Shown: positions 46,772-49,573 of the stretch, piece after piece | How positions within the stretch are numbered: position 1 is the stretch's first letter | Layout: every line of letters begins with the position of its first letter | DNA from: a virus | Lineage: Duplodnaviria > Caudoviricetes | Virus record (IMG/VR): IMGVR_UViG_3300031454_000007 | Location: 1 to 49,573 of that record | DNA length: 49,573 nt | Reading direction: 5' to 3' (one strand) | Position numbers and translations under genes: made by a program | The notes under the pieces: generated by a model | The model's database searches: none | Seen by the model: only the letters and a program-made list of their open reading frames with translations | Told to the model about the DNA's origin: nothing

Positions 46772-46996
46772 TCACACTCCGAGCGGGTCGTTTTCAACCA
46801 TCCCAACCGCGCTTACCTCACTCGCAAGCAGACAAAAAGCGTGCCACGTCGGCTTGGTGCCCGGCTTGTAATACCGGTGGGCGTGGTCGTGGATAAGACT
46901 CCACAGCTCTTTAGAGACAGCCTCCGTGACACGCTCTATAAGCTCTGGAGAAGCGTCCGGTACGTCGCGGGCGATGGTCGCGGCCAAGGTGGTCAC
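46772..46996 (-). CDS. Hypothetical early protein
   Basis: RBS GAGGAGG; coupled. Confidence 0.55.
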   Translation of the reverse strand: MTTLAATIARDVPDASPELIERVTEAVSKELWSLIHDHAHRYYKPGTKPTWHAFCLLASEVSAVGMVENDPLGV

Positions 46997-47268
46997 GCTG
47001 CCTCCTCAAAACTAAGCCAGCCCGCCTCTACGCCGAAGCGTATCACTGGCGGCAGGTTGCATAAACAAGCATCCGTGACGGGATCTGGACGGGTAAGACA
47101 GCGGCTACAAACTTCAATTTCGGCTAGCCCGCCACAGTCTTCGCACTCTGCGTAATGCTCGAACGGCGTGCCCCCGCTCTGGAGTACCGCGCCCTCCTCA
47201 CACGAGGGGCACGGTATCAAGAGCAGGTCGGGAAGGGCGGGGGTGGAGACGGGGAGAGGGAGCATCAC
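46993..47268 (-). CDS. Cys-rich zinc-finger protein
   Basis: Several CxxC pairs; coupled. Confidence 0.6.
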   Translation of the reverse strand: MMLPLPVSTPALPDLLLIPCPSCEEGAVLQSGGTPFEHYAECEDCGGLAEIEVCSRCLTRPDPVTDACLCNLPPVIRFGVEAGWLSFEEAA

Positions 47269-47558
47269 GCAAGAAGCTCGGCAGCGCTGTATTCGGGGGC
47301 TGTGGTGCGGCGATCTACAGTGCGGTAGAGCGTCCAGCCCGCGTCGATATTGGCGAAAAGCGCGTCAACGTTGTAAGAGCGAACGTTTTTACTACCGTCT
47401 TTACGGCTGAACACTTCGGCCTCTAGAGTTGAGCCGCTAGCATTGCAGTTGCCGGTCAGGACGATGACGCTCTGCTTGTTGACGATGATGTCGTTTTGCT
47501 TGAGGGCGTCGGGGGCGGTTAAGCCGACCAGGGGGAGAATGGAGGTAGCAAACATCAC
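47265..47558 (-). CDS. Hypothetical early protein
   Basis: Coupled on both sides. Confidence 0.55.
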   Translation of the reverse strand: MMFATSILPLVGLTAPDALKQNDIIVNKQSVIVLTGNCNASGSTLEAEVFSRKDGSKNVRSYNVDALFANIDAGWTLYRTVDRRTTAPEYSAAELLA

Positions 47559-47785
47559 GCTACCGCCGCCAGCTTGCTATCCCAGCGCAGGTAGGTTGCA
47601 ACCTCTACAAAGGCGGTACGGGTGAGTGCCTGCCCAGCCGGAGCCATGACGTGTAGTGCTCCCCGGTTGTATTCGCTAACCATGCGCTCGAGGTCTGTGC
47701 CGGTGAGCCTACGGGCTATGCCAGCCCATGCGGGCTTACGGTTAGAGGTGATGCGGGTCTTGCGGGTAATTGCGGTATTCTGCAT
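47555..47785 (-). CDS. Hypothetical early protein
   Basis: RBS GGAGG; first gene after the leftward promoter. Confidence 0.6.
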   Translation of the reverse strand: MQNTAITRKTRITSNRKPAWAGIARRLTGTDLERMVSEYNRGALHVMAPAGQALTRTAFVEVATYLRWDSKLAAVA

Positions 47786-47851
47786 TTGGAGCCTCCGGGC
47801 TCTGAATTGTTAAGGGCGCTTCTCTTCGCGGGGTCGGCGTCCTTAACTGCT

Positions 47852-47906
47852 GTTATCATACCTGATAACTTTGCTACTTGTCAAGCGGTGATAAGTAGCG
47901 CATACT
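47852..47906. promoter_or_regulatory. Back-to-back promoters (left TTGACA-18-TATGAT; right TTGTCA-17-CATACT) with operator-like palindromes
   Basis: GTTATCA-N4-TGATAAC at 47852-47869; GCTACTTGTCA-N5-TGATAAGTAGC over the shared -35. Confidence 0.7.
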
Positions 47907-47912
47907 GTAAGA

Positions 47913-48137
47913 GTGACTGACAAAATACGCGCACAACTAGAACGGGCGATGACTGAACAGGGTAAAAGACGCGTAGACCTGTCTCGAGCTACCGGTATAG
48001 CCCAGCCAAACATCACACGTATGTTGAGTGGCAGGAGCGGTGAGGTTCCTGGAGCTTGGGCAAAAGTCTTCGACACGCTCGGCTTCGAGCTGTGCCTCTG
48101 CCCTAACCCCACCGATGAGCCGGAGGCCGACAAATGA
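47913..48137 (+). CDS. XRE/Cro-like HTH regulator, probably leaderless
   Basis: RVDLSRATGIAQPNITRMLSG; -10 lies 6 nt before the GTG. Confidence 0.85.
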   Translation: MTDKIRAQLERAMTEQGKRRVDLSRATGIAQPNITRMLSGRSGEVPGAWAKVFDTLGFELCLCPNPTDEPEADK

Positions 48138-48550
48138 CCCGCCACGTAACGGTACGGGCTGAGGTGGTTCCGAGGTTCATCCGTGAACAAAGCGACATAC
48201 CAAGCGAGTTCAAGCGCGTCCGTCTGCCCGTTATTCAAGATGGGGCGCGCATCGGATTAACAAAGCACGCCCGTTTGCGCTTTTGGCAGCGGATTCGTCA
48301 AAACGTCACCGACCAGGAGATCATCCAGGAGGCCGCGTATGCCCTCCGCTCTGGCGACCCACGTTTCCGCTTCCGCGCCCACATTTTCGACAACCCGCAC
48401 CGCCCGACGGTTATTAAACTCATTACTGTGCTTAGAGGCGATATGTGGTTACGGCCATTTTTCGTGGATTGTCAGTGGGAGCGCGACGAAAAATGGCATC
48501 GACACCTCGAGCTAACCGTCACGGTGCGGGCGCTGGAGGTGGTGAGATGA
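48134..48550 (+). CDS. Hypothetical protein with a RelE/DUF4258-like motif
   Basis: LTKHARLRFWQRI...LITVL. Confidence 0.5.
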   Translation: MTRHVTVRAEVVPRFIREQSDIPSEFKRVRLPVIQDGARIGLTKHARLRFWQRIRQNVTDQEIIQEAAYALRSGDPRFRFRAHIFDNPHRPTVIKLITVLRGDMWLRPFFVDCQWERDEKWHRHLELTVTVRALEVVR

Positions 48551-48906
48551 GCGATATTTTCAAAGACATAAAAAAGGGCGATAAGGTCGGCTTTCGTCTC
48601 GGCTTCAAGCGCGACATTTTCCGAATTGACGAAGTTACCCACACGACACCCAAGTGTTTCGACGTGGGTAGCCGCCGGTTCTCTAGGGCCGATGGTTACG
48701 AAAAGGGTGGAGGGCGGTTCGCCAGCTATACCGCCCTGAAGGTCACACCTGAGTTTTTAGCAGAGAAGGCTAAAGCTGAAGTTGAGGAATACCGCAAAAA
48801 TCTAGCCCACACCCTCGAGGGCAAACTCATCAAACTACCGTTAGCAGCCCTTGAGTCTATCGCCGGTATTGTTAATTCTCAACCCGCCGAGCCGAGGGAG
48901 AAATGA
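48547..48906 (+). CDS. Hypothetical phage protein (beta-barrel-like N-terminus)
   Basis: RBS GGAGGTGG; IKKGDKV...V...TP..F. Confidence 0.6.
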   Translation: MSDIFKDIKKGDKVGFRLGFKRDIFRIDEVTHTTPKCFDVGSRRFSRADGYEKGGGRFASYTALKVTPEFLAEKAKAEVEEYRKNLAHTLEGKLIKLPLAALESIAGIVNSQPAEPREK

Positions 48907-49148
48907 TGAGTAAAAGCTTTTCTGAGACCTTCGTGTCCTACGCTCGTGGGGAGATAACTAAGTGCGAAATGGACGCCGCCATAGAGCGCCTGAACGCCGA
49001 CATCCTCAAGTCTTACCCGAAGGTGCCGGTCAAGTTTTCGGCAGAAGGTACGCCGTATGTAGACAGCTCAGTATCAGCGATCAGCCCGCGTCGTCTTTTG
49101 GCACTGATCCGGGTGCAAATGTCGCGGCGGGAACGGGTTAAAGAATGA
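48903..49148 (+). CDS. Hypothetical protein
   Basis: Coupled; RBS GAGGGAG. Confidence 0.55.
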   Translation: MMSKSFSETFVSYARGEITKCEMDAAIERLNADILKSYPKVPVKFSAEGTPYVDSSVSAISPRRLLALIRVQMSRRERVKE

Positions 49149-49154
49149 GATTGA

Positions 49155-49439
49155 TTGACGGCGTCCAGGGAAGATAAGATGTCACTTAAAGATATTCGAG
49201 CGCTCAGAAATAGAGCACGCCACGTCAAGGAAAGTATAGTCCAACCCCCCCCCATGCCTACCACTGGAGACTTCTTGGAATGGCAAAAACGCGACTACTG
49301 GTATCAACTCGGCAAGGAGGAGGCCTACGCCGAAGTCCTGTTGCTACTCGATGAAGACGACGAAAACTTGCGGCGATGGTTGAGGGAGCATTTCGGAACA
49401 CGACAAAACCCGAACCGAACCCAGACAGGTGAGCACTAG
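49155..49439 (+). CDS. Hypothetical protein (start uncertain)
   Basis: Last phage ORF before the junction. Confidence 0.45.
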   Translation: MTASREDKMSLKDIRALRNRARHVKESIVQPPPMPTTGDFLEWQKRDYWYQLGKEEAYAEVLLLLDEDDENLRRWLREHFGTRQNPNRTQTGEH

Positions 49440-49441
49440 CT

Positions 49442-49573
49442 TTAATTTGAGGCCACTTCGAGCGCGTATTCAGCCGTGATCAGCGCACCCGACTTTTTGC
49501 CCCCCTCGACGACCAAGACGCCCCTCGAGAGCCCGCTGATGATGCGGTTGCGACCCGGGAAATACTCCGCGCG
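49442..49573 (-). pseudogene. dprA: Host DNA-processing protein DprA, truncated by the prophage (runs off the window)
   Basis: Manual translation [43 protein letters not shown]; hallmark [12 protein letters not shown]...SGxLITA motif, but the usual GRxVFAVPG is missing. Confidence 0.9.

Larger units (their letters stand above)
1..49456. mobile_element. Prophage (myovirus-like, contractile tail), right-hand portion; the left end and integrase lie outside the window
   Basis: Complete terminase-portal-capsid-neck-sheath-tube-TMP-baseplate-lysis order; ends at a truncated host dprA. Confidence 0.93.

Noticed and set aside
23221-47847. Hairpins at 23221-23250, 26080-26121 and 47809-47847 as a shared ncRNA family
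   Set aside because: Similar position just after promoters but little shared sequence; more simply 5' leader hairpins
1-49573. tRNA, rRNA or integrase genes
   Set aside because: No cloverleaf, rRNA-like or recombinase motifs recognised by eye; tRNAscan and HMM searches would be needed to exclude them formally

Overview
Almost the whole window (1 to about 49456) is part of a temperate, contractile-tailed (myovirus-like) prophage. The host is probably a Deinococcota bacterium, inferred from several leaderless genes and very frequent CTCGAG. Gene order: N6/N4 DNA methyltransferase and small middle genes; terminase, portal, scaffold, decoration and major capsid; two giant tandem paralogues (1250 and 1291 aa) plus a signal-peptide protein; Mu-like neck; sheath; an antisense HNH endonuclease that has displaced the tail-tube start; tube and frameshifting chaperone; a 6 kb regulatory/toxin-antitoxin island; tape measure; baseplate with unusual adhesin-like fusions; M15 endolysin and membrane genes; a secreted thermonuclease; leftward early genes and an XRE switch. 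The right end is a host dprA gene cut off just after its conserved ITAxxALE motif, so the prophage appears to be integrated in the natural-transformation gene dprA. No integrase, tRNA, rRNA, CRISPR array or reverse transcriptase was seen. All family calls come from motif recognition and gene order by eye, not from database searches.
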